From Synechococcus sp. (lineage in GTDB: Bacteria; Cyanobacteriota; Cyanobacteriia; Thermostichales; PCC-7336): a DNA stretch of 18,631 nt. The notes beneath the pieces are model-generated. The model was not told the DNA's origin. It did not search any database and saw only the letters and a list, made by a program, of their open reading frames with translations. The translations under genes were made by a program, and so were the position numbers. The stretch covers positions 1-18,631 of the forward strand of contig JBFRWD010000130.1 of assembly GCA_051439425.1 (NCBI GenBank), given 5' to 3'. This document shows positions 1 through 9,156 of the stretch, piece after piece (the stretch's first letter is position 1; the number at the start of each line of letters is the position of its first letter).

Positions 1-604
1 CGTGATTGAGCAAAATGATGCCAATTTGCGAGCGAGCATAGTTGCCCTGCAAGTCTTGGAGCCGCCCTTCAATGTGTTGGGCCATGAGCTGATGATATTC
101 GGGGCGGTCGAAAAAGCTTGGTAAGTAAAGCAGGTCTTCTATCCAATCGTGCTCGCCATCCAATGCTTCGTTGATCTGCTGAAGGGCCAGACCACTCGTA
201 TAGATGGAATCTACCACCAGCAACGGATAAATGAGTAAGCGGTTGTATCCCTGCTCGCGAATTTGCTGCAGGACCTGATGGGGGAGAAAAGGCTCGCAAA
301 AGTTAAAGACCTTGAACACCGCCACCCGATCGCCGTATCGCGCCTGCAGTGCTGTTTCAAGTCCGGCCCGCTGAGCTTCGAAAATTTCGTTGTGGGGAGA
401 ACGATAGTTGTTTTGCTTGCTCCACTCGCGGCGATCGGTAAACTCCAATGCCTTCGCCAGCCAGGGGATGGAAAACTCTGGAAATTTAATAAATTTTGAT
501 GCCAGCAGACGCAGTGCCCGCTCATTGTAATCTGCAAACTCCCGGTATTCCTCGACTTCTCCGTAACCAGATAGTAGGACGGCTACTTTTGCACTGTCTG
601 TCAT
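1..604 (-). CDS. Ferrochelatase-like (class II chelatase-type) protein, atypical cyanobacterial paralogue; N-terminal part only, continues beyond the left edge
   Basis: Hand translation from ATG at 604-602 stays open to the window edge: MTDSAKVAVLLSGYGEVEEYREFADYNERALRLLASKF...SPHNEIFEAQRAGLETALQARYGDRVAVFKVFNFCEPFLPHQVLQQIREQGYNRLLIYPLLVVDSIYTSG...LPSFFDRPEY...IGIILLNH. The SP..Q..., 'I..G...L.YPL....S..TSG' and 'PSF' pattern follows the ferrochelatase layout. It is missing from the ORF track because its stop codon lies outside the window. Confidence 0.8.
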   Translation of the reverse strand, partial: MTDSAKVAVLLSGYGEVEEYREFADYNERALRLLASKFIKFPEFSIPWLAKALEFTDRREWSKQNNYRSPHNEIFEAQRAGLETALQARYGDRVAVFKVFNFCEPFLPHQVLQQIREQGYNRLLIYPLLVVDSIYTSGLALQQINEALDGEHDWIEDLLYLPSFFDRPEYHQLMAQHIEGRLQDLQGNYARSQIGIILLNH

Positions 605-924
605 ACACACTCAAAGCAACTCCTACCTGCTAGGTAAAGTCACTAGCCTCCAGTTACAGCTCCTCGTCCGATGTATACCGTTATGTTCGAGAAAAAGGCT
701 GGTAACGGAATAACAGCGAACTTGGTCTATCCTAAGTGCCGCGATCGCAGGATGGGAGATGCTCTAATGAAGTCTTCCGTTCACCTGCTGAGCAAACGAC
801 TGGCAGGCAAAGCAATCGAGTGAGTACATGTGCTCAATATCGCGCAATGACATCTACCAAGGGCAGTTGAACAGAAGAAATCCCTTCGGTATTGAACAGT
901 TTTGATTTGAATGGTTCATTCGTT

Positions 925-942
925 TTTAAGAATTGTTACATA
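925..942 (+). promoter_or_regulatory. HLR1-like (RpaB) direct repeat upstream of the sigma factor
   Basis: TTTAAGAA-TT-GTTACATA versus consensus KTTACAWW-N2-KTTACAWW (6/8 and 8/8). Confidence 0.4.
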
Positions 943-1094
943 ATGATTTCGTAGTCAGATTTTATGTATTGCCACGCGAAAGACTTCTGAAACGGCTGAC
1001 AGTCCTACGTATCAAAAGTTTTTCTCATTGTGCGAGCCGCTGTGATGTTACGACCAGCGACTTGCACCATCAATCCTCTCCACGTGCATGTGAA

Positions 1095-2042
1095 ATGAAG
1101 ACTCCTAAATCAGATAGCGTTAGAGATTATCTCCAAGCGATCGGTCGCATCCCATTGCTGACTCACGAAGAAGAGATTCACTACGGCAATCAGGTTCAGC
1201 GACTGGTGACGTTAAACGCGATTGAGGCCGAGCTAAGCGATGAGTTAGAACGCGAGCCAACCTCTACAGAGTGGGCTCAAAAAGCCGGTATCTCAACAGT
1301 TGAGTTGAAGCAGGAGCTCGCCCAGGGCGAGCGAGCCAAGCGCAAAATGGTTGAAGCTAATTTACGTTTGGTCGTATCGGTTGCGAAGAAGTTCTTGAAT
1401 CGTAATGTTGATTTCCTCGACTTAATTCAAGAAGGAAATATTGGATTGCAAAGGGGCGTTGAGAAGTTCGACCCTGGAAAAGGCTATCGCTTTTCCACTT
1501 ATGCTTTCTGGTGGATTCGTCAGGGAATTACCCGTGCGATCTCGCAAAAGAGTCGCACCGTGCGTTTACCCGTGCACATTGGCGAGAAGCTTAATAAGCT
1601 AAAAAAAGTCCAACGCACCCTTGCTCAAAAACTAGGCCGATCTGCATCGGTAGAAGAGCTAGCTAAAGAGACTCAACTGAAAGTCAAAGATGTCCGCACT
1701 TGTCTCCAACATTTTCGTCGTACTGTGTCTCTGGACGTCCCGGTTGGTGATGGAGAAACGAACTTAGGGCAGTTACTTGAAGATACTGGGCCATCGGCTG
1801 AAGACTACGTTATTCAAAGCAGTCTTAAAGCAGACGTCACACAGTTAATGTCGGAACTCGATCCAAAGGAGAAAAACGTTCTGGCTTTAAGATTCGGGAT
1901 GGATGGAGAACAATCCCTGACCTTGCGGAAAGCGGCTTCAGTTTTGAATCTCAGTGCAGAGCGAGTTCGCCAAATTGAACGACAAGCCCTCAAAAAACTA
2001 CGTCGAAATAATGGAGAACTTCAAGAGTATCTCGTCTCATGA
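1095..2042 (+). CDS. sigD: Group 2 RpoD-family sigma-70 factor, SigD/RpoD3-like (315 aa)
   Basis: Region 1.2 [21 protein letters not shown]; region 2 [37 protein letters not shown]; region 4.2 ERVRQIE; no region 1.1. ATG at 1095 is preferred over the TTG at 933 because similarity starts there. The SigD subtype call rests on recalled similarity. Confidence 0.92.
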   Translation: MKTPKSDSVRDYLQAIGRIPLLTHEEEIHYGNQVQRLVTLNAIEAELSDELEREPTSTEWAQKAGISTVELKQELAQGERAKRKMVEANLRLVVSVAKKFLNRNVDFLDLIQEGNIGLQRGVEKFDPGKGYRFSTYAFWWIRQGITRAISQKSRTVRLPVHIGEKLNKLKKVQRTLAQKLGRSASVEELAKETQLKVKDVRTCLQHFRRTVSLDVPVGDGETNLGQLLEDTGPSAEDYVIQSSLKADVTQLMSELDPKEKNVLALRFGMDGEQSLTLRKAASVLNLSAERVRQIERQALKKLRRNNGELQEYLVS

Positions 2043-2449
2043 ACGCCGGCAGAGACTTCGAAGCTTGACTTTAGTACTGTGAATCTCTCGTGGCTGACGT
2101 GGCCTTACCGGCCATTGCAGATTCAGCTCGAAAACTTCATTCTAAGACTTATATCTAGCGGCTTGAAGTGAATTCTAGTGATGGGTTAAGTCTTTAGAAA
2201 AACAGTGTTTCCCGATACATTGCCGATGGTGTCTTTCATCTTGACCGATTGGCTTTGTCAATTCGAGAAGTCTAGAGCGAAAAATGACCAAGTTGCAATT
2301 CTGGTTTTGAAATTTTCCCGCTCTGAACTTATAGGAAATTCGGTTGATAGGTATAAATTCATGGTCGGATTTCCCAGTCTGCTACCTATTCAATATTCGG
2401 TTTTCCACCCTGTAGCTCTCTAGAGAGTACGAATAGATTGATAGCGGTA

Positions 2450-2467
2450 GTTACAAAAGTTCACAAG
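2450..2467 (+). promoter_or_regulatory. HLR1-like (RpaB) direct repeat upstream of clpC
   Basis: GTTACAAA-AG-TTCACAAG (8/8 and 6/8 to KTTACAWW). Confidence 0.45.
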
Positions 2468-2620
2468 TGTAAATTGGCTTGTTGGCTGTCTGAAATCGTA
2501 GTCAATGACTAGTTCTATCTCTTAGCTATTTGTTTCTGTTCGCTATGCAATCGCTGCGCTGACCATCGTTCATTTATGGGTCACGCGACATCGATGTTTC
2601 GCCAATTGCAAGGAGCAATC

Positions 2621-5086
2621 ATGTTCGATAAATTCAACAGAGAAGCGATTGCGGCAATCGCCATTGCTCAGCAAGAAGCTCGTCTTCTAAAACAAAGTTC
2701 TGTTGGTCAGGAACTCCTGTTGGTGGGGATCGTTGCTCAGGGAGGCAGCGTTGTCGCAAAAGTCTTGAGAGACTCGGGACTGACTCTACGAGTTGTACAA
2801 GAGGCAGTTGAGGAATCGATTGGACAAGGGTCGGGCTCCTCACCAGCTGATATTCCCTTTGCTGTCAACATCAGACATGTTTTGGAGCAAGCCATAGAGC
2901 AGGCTCGCCAGTGGGAGCACGACTTTATCGGTTCCGAGCACTTGTTATTGGCTTTGCTGACCGATACCGATGGTTCAGCTGCAAGCATTGTTCGTAATTT
3001 AGGTGTCGAGCCAGACAAAATCTGCAAGCAAACGGTCTCGGCATTGGCGGAGAAACGGGCAGTATTAGCAGGAGACAAGCGCAACAATGGAGCCGCATCT
3101 CCCGGGACTCAAACATTAGCGGAGTTTTCCACCGACCTAACTCAACTTGCAGCCGACAACAAAATCGATCCGGTCGTAGGCCGATCTTTAGAAATTGAGC
3201 GGGTGATTCAAGTCCTTGGCCGCCGCAACAAAAATAATCCCGTTCTGCTCGGCCCTCCCGGAGTTGGCAAGACTGCGCTTGCGGAAGGACTGGCACAGCG
3301 CATCGTCAATCAAGATGTACCGCAAGCACTGATTGGAAAGTCAGTTGTCAGCTTGAACGTCGGCTCTCTGCTAGCAGGCACTCAGTTCCGAGGGGAATTT
3401 GAAGGACGTCTAAAGCAAATTATGGGCGAAGTGCAGGAGTCAGGTGACGTCATATTAGTCATAGACGAAATCCACACCTTGGTCGGAGCTGGGGCTCAAG
3501 GTGGCGCTATGGATGCAGCAAACCTTCTCAAACCCGCACTTGCCCGAGGAAAGTTGCAGTGCATTGGAGCCACGACTCTAGACGAGTACCGCCAGTACAT
3601 CGAAAAAGATGCAGCATTAGAACGTCGTTTCCAGCCCGTGATGGTGGACGAACCCAGCGTGGAGGACACCATTGAAATCCTGCGAGGCGTACGGCCGCAA
3701 TACGAACAGCACCATTGCCTTGCCTTTGCGGATGAAGCTCTTCAAGCTGCTGCAACTCTGTCCGCTCGCTACATCAGCGATCGCTACCTGCCGGATAAGG
3801 CAATCGACCTAATTGACGAGGCCGGTTCGCGAGTGCGCTTGCGTCACAGCCAACAGTCTGCCAGTCATGCTTTCAAGCAAGAGCTGCGTCAAGTTGCAGC
3901 GGAAAAGAATGACGCAGTACAAGCTCAAGATTTCGAGCGAGCCAGTCAATTGCGCGATCGCGAAATCGAGCTCGAGAATCAACTTCAACAGACGGGTAAC
4001 GCCGATCGAGACAGTAGTCAGATTGTTGTGGAAGCAGAAGATATTGCTCAGGTGCTTGCGTCCTGGACAGGAATTCCGGTCAATCAGATGACTGAGGCGG
4101 AATCTATCAGATTGTTGAAGCTGGAAGAGACCTTGCACGAACGTCTGATCGGTCAGGAGGACGCAGTAAAAGCGGTTTCCCGTGCCATTCGCCGCGCCCG
4201 AGTTGGCTTGGGAAATCCTAACCGGCCCATCGCCAGCTTTATGTTCTGCGGTCCGACAGGAGTGGGTAAAACCGAACTGACCAAAGCACTCGCTGCGAGC
4301 GTCTTTGGCTCAGAAGAAGCCATGATTCGTCTGGATATGTCCGAGTACATGGAACGGCAGTCGGTCTCCAAACTAATCGGCTCGCCTCCCGGTTATGTCG
4401 GCTACGGCGAAGGGGGGCAGCTGACAGAAGCGGTTCGCCGCCAACCCTACTCTCTGCTGCTCCTGGACGAAATTGAAAAGGCCCATCCCGATGTGTTCAA
4501 CCTCCTGTTGCAGTTATTGGAAGACGGTCGCTTGACCGATTCCCAAGGTCGGGTGGTCAACTTCAAAAATACCTTGATTGTGATGACCTCCAATCTGGGG
4601 GCGCAGGCCATTGAAAAAAGTGGCAGCGGTCTCGGTTTCGATATTTTCAACAGCGATGAAGCGACAGCTCAATACAATCGCACGACTGCCCAAGTCAAAG
4701 AGGCATTGCAACTGGCTTTCCGACCGGAATTCATCAACCGGCTGGATGACATAGTTGTTTTCCGCCAGCTCAACCGGGATGAAGTACGGCACATTGCCGA
4801 TTTGATGCTGCGGGAGGTTTCCAGTCGCCTTGCCGAACGGCAGATTGATATCGAGGTCACCGAGGCTTTTTACACCCGTCTAGTTACTGAAGGATACGAC
4901 CCCACCTACGGTGCTCGTCCTCTCAGGCGGGCGGTCTCTCGATTGTTGGAAGATCCTTTGGCGGAGGCCATTCTGGCAGAGCAAATTCGGTCGGGCGATA
5001 CTGCCATGCTGGATATTGATGAAGATGACAGGGTGCAGGTCCTGCCAAAGCAATCTCATGCCCTCGTCGGCGTTGCCGCTAGTTAA
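2621..5086 (+). CDS. clpC: ATP-dependent Clp protease ATPase subunit, ClpC-type paralogue (821 aa)
   Basis: AGGAG RBS at 2611-2615 before ATG 2621. Double Clp-N repeat; Walker A GPPGVGKT and GPTGVGKT; Walker B LVIDE and LLLDE; UVR-type middle domain ([17 protein letters not shown]); GYVG pore loop; LGF ClpP-docking loop; GARPLRR sensor 2. Confidence 0.95.
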   Translation: MFDKFNREAIAAIAIAQQEARLLKQSSVGQELLLVGIVAQGGSVVAKVLRDSGLTLRVVQEAVEESIGQGSGSSPADIPFAVNIRHVLEQAIEQARQWEHDFIGSEHLLLALLTDTDGSAASIVRNLGVEPDKICKQTVSALAEKRAVLAGDKRNNGAASPGTQTLAEFSTDLTQLAADNKIDPVVGRSLEIERVIQVLGRRNKNNPVLLGPPGVGKTALAEGLAQRIVNQDVPQALIGKSVVSLNVGSLLAGTQFRGEFEGRLKQIMGEVQESGDVILVIDEIHTLVGAGAQGGAMDAANLLKPALARGKLQCIGATTLDEYRQYIEKDAALERRFQPVMVDEPSVEDTIEILRGVRPQYEQHHCLAFADEALQAAATLSARYISDRYLPDKAIDLIDEAGSRVRLRHSQQSASHAFKQELRQVAAEKNDAVQAQDFERASQLRDREIELENQLQQTGNADRDSSQIVVEAEDIAQVLASWTGIPVNQMTEAESIRLLKLEETLHERLIGQEDAVKAVSRAIRRARVGLGNPNRPIASFMFCGPTGVGKTELTKALAASVFGSEEAMIRLDMSEYMERQSVSKLIGSPPGYVGYGEGGQLTEAVRRQPYSLLLLDEIEKAHPDVFNLLLQLLEDGRLTDSQGRVVNFKNTLIVMTSNLGAQAIEKSGSGLGFDIFNSDEATAQYNRTTAQVKEALQLAFRPEFINRLDDIVVFRQLNRDEVRHIADLMLREVSSRLAERQIDIEVTEAFYTRLVTEGYDPTYGARPLRRAVSRLLEDPLAEAILAEQIRSGDTAMLDIDEDDRVQVLPKQSHALVGVAAS

Positions 5087-5412
5087 TAAAGCCATGGCTT
5101 GGGGTCATGGGGGCTTGATATCCCTCGATCCCGAGCCAGGAACTGGAAAAATGCTCGTCCCCATTACTGTTCAAGATCGCATCGGGACAACCTTTCTAAG
5201 TGGCATCTACAAACCGTAAAGCATCTACTGGAACGCCAAATAGAGGAGGACTACCGCCGTTTGGCGACTGCACAGTCCTCCGTCAAGTGCCCAACAAAGT
5301 TTCACGGCAACCTATATCTCCTTTAGCCGTTCGGCAAGCTAACTGCACGCCGGGCCTGTTATCCAAAGTTACTCTGAAATTCTCCTTCCGATTCTGTACG
5401 GCCCTATCAATC

Positions 5413-6354
5413 ATGACTCACCCAATTGATACCAGTTCTTCCTTCAGCCAAAGTCCCGAACTGGACATGGCATACCTTCAGCAACTCATCCGTCGACAAG
5501 CCGAACATTCCCCGCTGTATGAAAATGTGGCCATTATCGGATGTGGATACGTGGGGTCGTCGTTAGCTGATTTTTGGCAACAGCGGGGACACACTGTCAC
5601 CGGAACAACCACGAGTGCTCTACGCATCCCAGAACTTAAATCGAGGACTTCGCGAGTAGAGGTTCTCGCGGGCAACGACCTTGAAGCCATGCGAAGGGTT
5701 GTTCGGGACCAAGACACTGTTGTGTTGAGTGTTGCCCCAACTGGCATTCGTGCAGCTGATGGCAATGCTTACGCTCGGACCTATCTCGAAACGGCAAAGA
5801 CTTTAGTCAAAGCTGCAAACCAATCATCGAGAGTCAAGCAATTAATTTATCTCAGCAGTTGCTCTGTTTATGGCGATCGCCAGGGAGATTGGGTGGATGA
5901 ATCCACTTCGCTGGTTTCCTACGACGAGCGCAGTCAGGTATTACAGGCCGCAGAAGAAGTGTTACTTCAGGGGACGCAATGCAGAACTTGTATCCTGCGC
6001 CTGGGGGGAATTTACGGGCCGGGTCGGGAACTGGTGAATATGTTCGCAGGCCTTTCGGGGATGACATTGCCTGGAAAAGGCGATCGCTTTAGCAATTGGA
6101 TTCATCTCGACGACATTGTTACTGGGATAGAGTTTGCAAGGGCCAATCAACTTCAAGGAATTTACAATTTGGTTGATGACAGCCAATTAGCCATCCGACA
6201 ACTGATCGAACTAGTTTTTGCACGCTACAGCTTGCCTGGAGTTTTTTGGGATACATCTCAACTGAATGCCCCCCGCCGCGCTAGTTTGCGCGTCAGCAAT
6301 CAGAAGATTAAGGATGCTGGCTTCAGTTTGGCATACCCTAAAGTCAGCCTTTAA
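5413..6354 (+). CDS. NAD(P)-binding atypical SDR / NAD-dependent epimerase-dehydratase family protein
   Basis: Rossmann motif IIGCGYVG, plus LSSCSVYGD, LRLGGIYGPGR, NWIHLDD and SNQKIK; no YxxxK. ATG 5413 chosen as start; the GTG extension from 5200 shows no recognisable homology. Confidence 0.88.
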   Translation: MTHPIDTSSSFSQSPELDMAYLQQLIRRQAEHSPLYENVAIIGCGYVGSSLADFWQQRGHTVTGTTTSALRIPELKSRTSRVEVLAGNDLEAMRRVVRDQDTVVLSVAPTGIRAADGNAYARTYLETAKTLVKAANQSSRVKQLIYLSSCSVYGDRQGDWVDESTSLVSYDERSQVLQAAEEVLLQGTQCRTCILRLGGIYGPGRELVNMFAGLSGMTLPGKGDRFSNWIHLDDIVTGIEFARANQLQGIYNLVDDSQLAIRQLIELVFARYSLPGVFWDTSQLNAPRRASLRVSNQKIKDAGFSLAYPKVSL

Positions 6355-6919
6355 GCATCTTCAACAGTCAGAACTATTGATGACTTAAGTGAAGGGAAGA
6401 TTATCTTTCTTCATACCTGAACTGAAATCTACTTTTGGTAAGGTTGGCGGATGCCAACCACAAACCTTGAGACTGTGCTGAGACAAGGTTGCCTAGTGGT
6501 GTTTGTTTTGGTCGTATTGGGTAAGCTGGCTTTGCCAAACCAGAAATATTAATCTGAAAAGAAGCGTATTTTAGCAATTGGCTTAATTGCTTTGTGAAAG
6601 CACGAGCTTTAAACCCTGTAAATATACTGAGAAATCAAGCCAAACGCCTGTCCCAGTAGCTTTTGCTCAAATTTATGTTAGCGGAATGAAGAACTTTCGG
6701 ATATCCATATAGTAGTATCTAGGGCAATATATTTGTCACAAAATCACACAAGAAAGAACCGACATACTGGGCCCTAGTTGGCTTGCAACTACAGTCAGAC
6801 TTTCAATGCTATTTTCATCAGAAAATAATGCAATAACCATAACAGTTTCGCTTGAATATTATTGGCGTAGAGACTAATATGAAGATATATGAATTACTCG
6901 CATTTGCAGGAGAACTCAC

Positions 6920-7063
6920 ATGGATTCTCAAGATAATCGCTACGGTTTCACTGGTTTCGCAGAAGCTTGGAACGGTCGTCTGGCCATGCTGGGCTTTGTC
7001 ATTGGTGTTGCAACCGAGCTCTTAACTGGTCAAAGCATCTTGTCTCAGATTGGTCTGATGTAA
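6920..7063 (+). CDS. hli: High-light-inducible protein (HLIP/SCP, one-helix CAB family), 47 aa, HliC-like
   Basis: MDSQDNRYGFTGFAEAWNGRLAMLGFVIGVATELLTGQSILSQIGLM*: chlorophyll-binding ExxNGRLAM motif and ELLTG; AGGAG RBS at 6908-6912. Shorter than any ORF in the supplied track. Confidence 0.96.
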   Translation: MDSQDNRYGFTGFAEAWNGRLAMLGFVIGVATELLTGQSILSQIGLM

Positions 7064-7105
7064 GAGCATCTACCCAACTCCAACCTTTGAAACTATTGCT
7101 ATATT

Positions 7106-7133
7106 GCCTTCGTTGTATGCGGAGGCTTTTTTT
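7106..7133 (+). terminator. Rho-independent terminator of hli
   Basis: GCCTTCG-ttgtatg-CGGAGGC stem (one G-U pair) followed by T7. Confidence 0.75.
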
Positions 7134-8228
7134 AGCACTATCCCTCCAAGTGAAGAATAGACAGATAGAACGAGCGGAGTAAAAGGGGAACTCTAAAGAT
7201 GAAGCTTAAATATCAAGATTTGAAGGGAAAAATCGCTACGCTGTAAGCTGTACAATCAGTGTCATTGCATCAACTAAGTCTTGATTTTTGTTTCACCCTG
7301 ACGTTAGTTCGTGAAAACATCAAGAGGTATGTCGAGAAAGGTTTACACACTTTGAAAAGAAAGCACCATCAGTTCCGATCTGCTCTCTCTATTGAGCAGA
7401 TCGTTTAATGCTCTGTCCGCAAGCAGGAGATGCCAAACATTTGGTGTTGAAAATTTTTTTTGAAGATGCGACAAGAGAGAAGCATGCGGTCTTTATATGA
7501 GCAGTTCGACGGTTATAAACGCTTAAGATCGAAGAAGCTAGTAAGGTTATAAGGCCATTTTTCCAAGAAAGAAATGGACCGTTGGAGATCGACCGCAACG
7601 CGTAATCAACGGGCAATTTGTAAGGAATTTCCAGTGGGTGAGCTGGTTCCATTGTTAAGCTTGGAGCAAATTTAGCGCTCACTAGGCTGCACGCCCACTA
7701 ACAGATGGGAACTCGAGGATATGCCAGTTGTTCCTCTCTACAGAGGTAGAAATGATTTCTCGATATATACGTTGAGCATGATGTTTACCACTGTCACTAT
7801 CACGGGCGACCTCTGCTTAAGTAGCCCGATCGAATTAAACGCAAGATAGAAATCTGACAGCCCTTACAAGGCCTCAGGCCCTTGCAACATTCATTAGGAC
7901 GACCTACTTAGAAGCATTTGTGGTCACTAAACCTCAGCGTCCGCTGTGACCCAGACTTTGACTAACTGTCCGATTTGGAGGCCTGAGTGGATTTGAGAGC
8001 TCATTCAAATTATTGTGGCAAAGCCTATCTAATTGCCACCTTACTCACCTGTCTCTTCACTGATGAAAATCAAAATTGTGTTTAAGTAGATGGCAATTTG
8101 GCGAAATCTCGGGGAATGAAAGCTATTCAGAGTTAGGGGTACTTTCAGCAGGGCTACAGGGTGCTATCTCAAACCACGGCACCGTAGATTAGTTAAATAT
8201 TACGATCTAGACCTTCGAGGGATGCGGT

Positions 8229-8273
8229 AAAAAAGCCCAACTCACAGATGAAGCGACAATCTGTGGGCTGGAC
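8229..8273 (-). terminator. Rho-independent terminator of the DoxX gene
   Basis: Minus strand GTCCAGCCCACAGAT-loop-ATCTGTGAGTTGGGC then T6, 8 nt after the stop codon. Confidence 0.75.
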
Positions 8274-8281
8274 CTCCATTA

Positions 8282-8821
8282 CTACTTCGATAGAGCGCCA
8301 GCTTGTTCTGAGCTTTTAGAAGCAAAGGCTGTTTCCAGTCTCATGATTTGTTTTGCTCTTGTCGATAATGCACTTGCATCCAGTTTAGAGAGTATCAATG
8401 CATCGAAGGAAAACAGGCCAGCACCATTAATTACGAAAAACAGGAAACTGCATGCATAGACTGCAGATAACTCTAGGTAAGGAATATTGAAGCCAGATAC
8501 CAGGATGTGATGATACATTGCAACACACATCGTCCCAAACAGGCCAAGGGCGGCAGGACGTGTCAAGAGCCCAATTGCGACTAATGGTGCCCCAATCAAC
8601 TCCGTGAAAGCTGCAACATAACTGAAAAATAGGGGGAACGGTAAGCCAATCACTTCGACGTAAGCCGTCGAAAATCCTTGTATATCGGACAGCTTATCTA
8701 TGCCGTTGTGAACCATCATGATGCCAAGGCAAGCTCTTAGAAGAGCCCAACTGCACTGAGACCAGAACCCAGGACTGACATTGGATTTGAAGATACTTCT
8801 CAAGGATGCGGGAGTGTTCAT
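8282..8821 (-). CDS. DoxX family membrane protein (179 aa)
   Basis: LLRACLGIMMVHNGIDKL, ELIGAPLVAIGLLTRPAA and GAGLFSFD motifs with about four hydrophobic segments. ATG at 8821 is preferred over TTG at 8842. Confidence 0.9.
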   Translation of the reverse strand: MNTPASLRSIFKSNVSPGFWSQCSWALLRACLGIMMVHNGIDKLSDIQGFSTAYVEVIGLPFPLFFSYVAAFTELIGAPLVAIGLLTRPAALGLFGTMCVAMYHHILVSGFNIPYLELSAVYACSFLFFVINGAGLFSFDALILSKLDASALSTRAKQIMRLETAFASKSSEQAGALSK

Positions 8822-8863
8822 TGCGAAATTACCGAGATGCAAGTTAGTTGATTGAGCATTCCT

Positions 8864-8892
8864 ATGATAACGTCTACGTTAAGTTTTATAAA
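8864..8892 (-). promoter_or_regulatory. Putative DoxX promoter: HLR1-like repeat plus -10 box
   Basis: Minus strand TTTATAAA-AC-TTAACGTA (7/8 and 6/8), 5 nt, then TATCAT (TAnnnT). Confidence 0.45.
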
Positions 8893-9156
8893 GGCAGTGC
8901 AGCTGCTTTTCATGCTTTGAATGATTTAACTAATAGCACCGGATGAATATTTGGACTTTCCTAAGCCATTATTTTTCAAGGACAGAAACTCAGTTAAAAG
9001 ATTCTCTCTATGTGTTTTGATCGTGAGTTCATGATACAGAATCAGTAAGGTTAGCTTGATAAAATGCATTAGAAAAAATTTAAGAATAATATTTTGAAAT
9101 AAGTTATTATTCGTGTCTTCAGTATTGTTTGGAAAATTACTTCATCTTCCGTCTTT

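Noticed and set aside
69..537. ORF-track ORFs 69-299, 211-537 and 263-499
   Set aside because: Alternative-frame or antisense shadows of the ferrochelatase-like gene starting at 604.
933..1094. N-terminal extension of the sigma factor from TTG 933
   Set aside because: No sigma similarity, and it overlaps promoter-like sequence; ATG 1095 fits better.
2205..2423. 72-aa ORF between the sigma gene and clpC
   Set aside because: No RBS or recognisable motif; probably intergenic.
2496..2511. TCGTAGTCA shared with 949-957, and the TAGTCAATGACTA palindrome
   Set aside because: Only two copies of a 9-mer and the palindrome is not present at the other site; chance cannot be excluded.
5092..5110. Hairpin CCATGGC-ttggg-GTCATGG after clpC
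   Set aside because: No U-tract, so not supportable as a terminator.
5099..5412. ORF 5099-5326 and the GTG 5200 extension of the SDR
   Set aside because: No recognisable homology or convincing RBS.
6967..7182. 71-aa ORF from the track
   Set aside because: Out-of-frame overlap with the real hli gene and its terminator.
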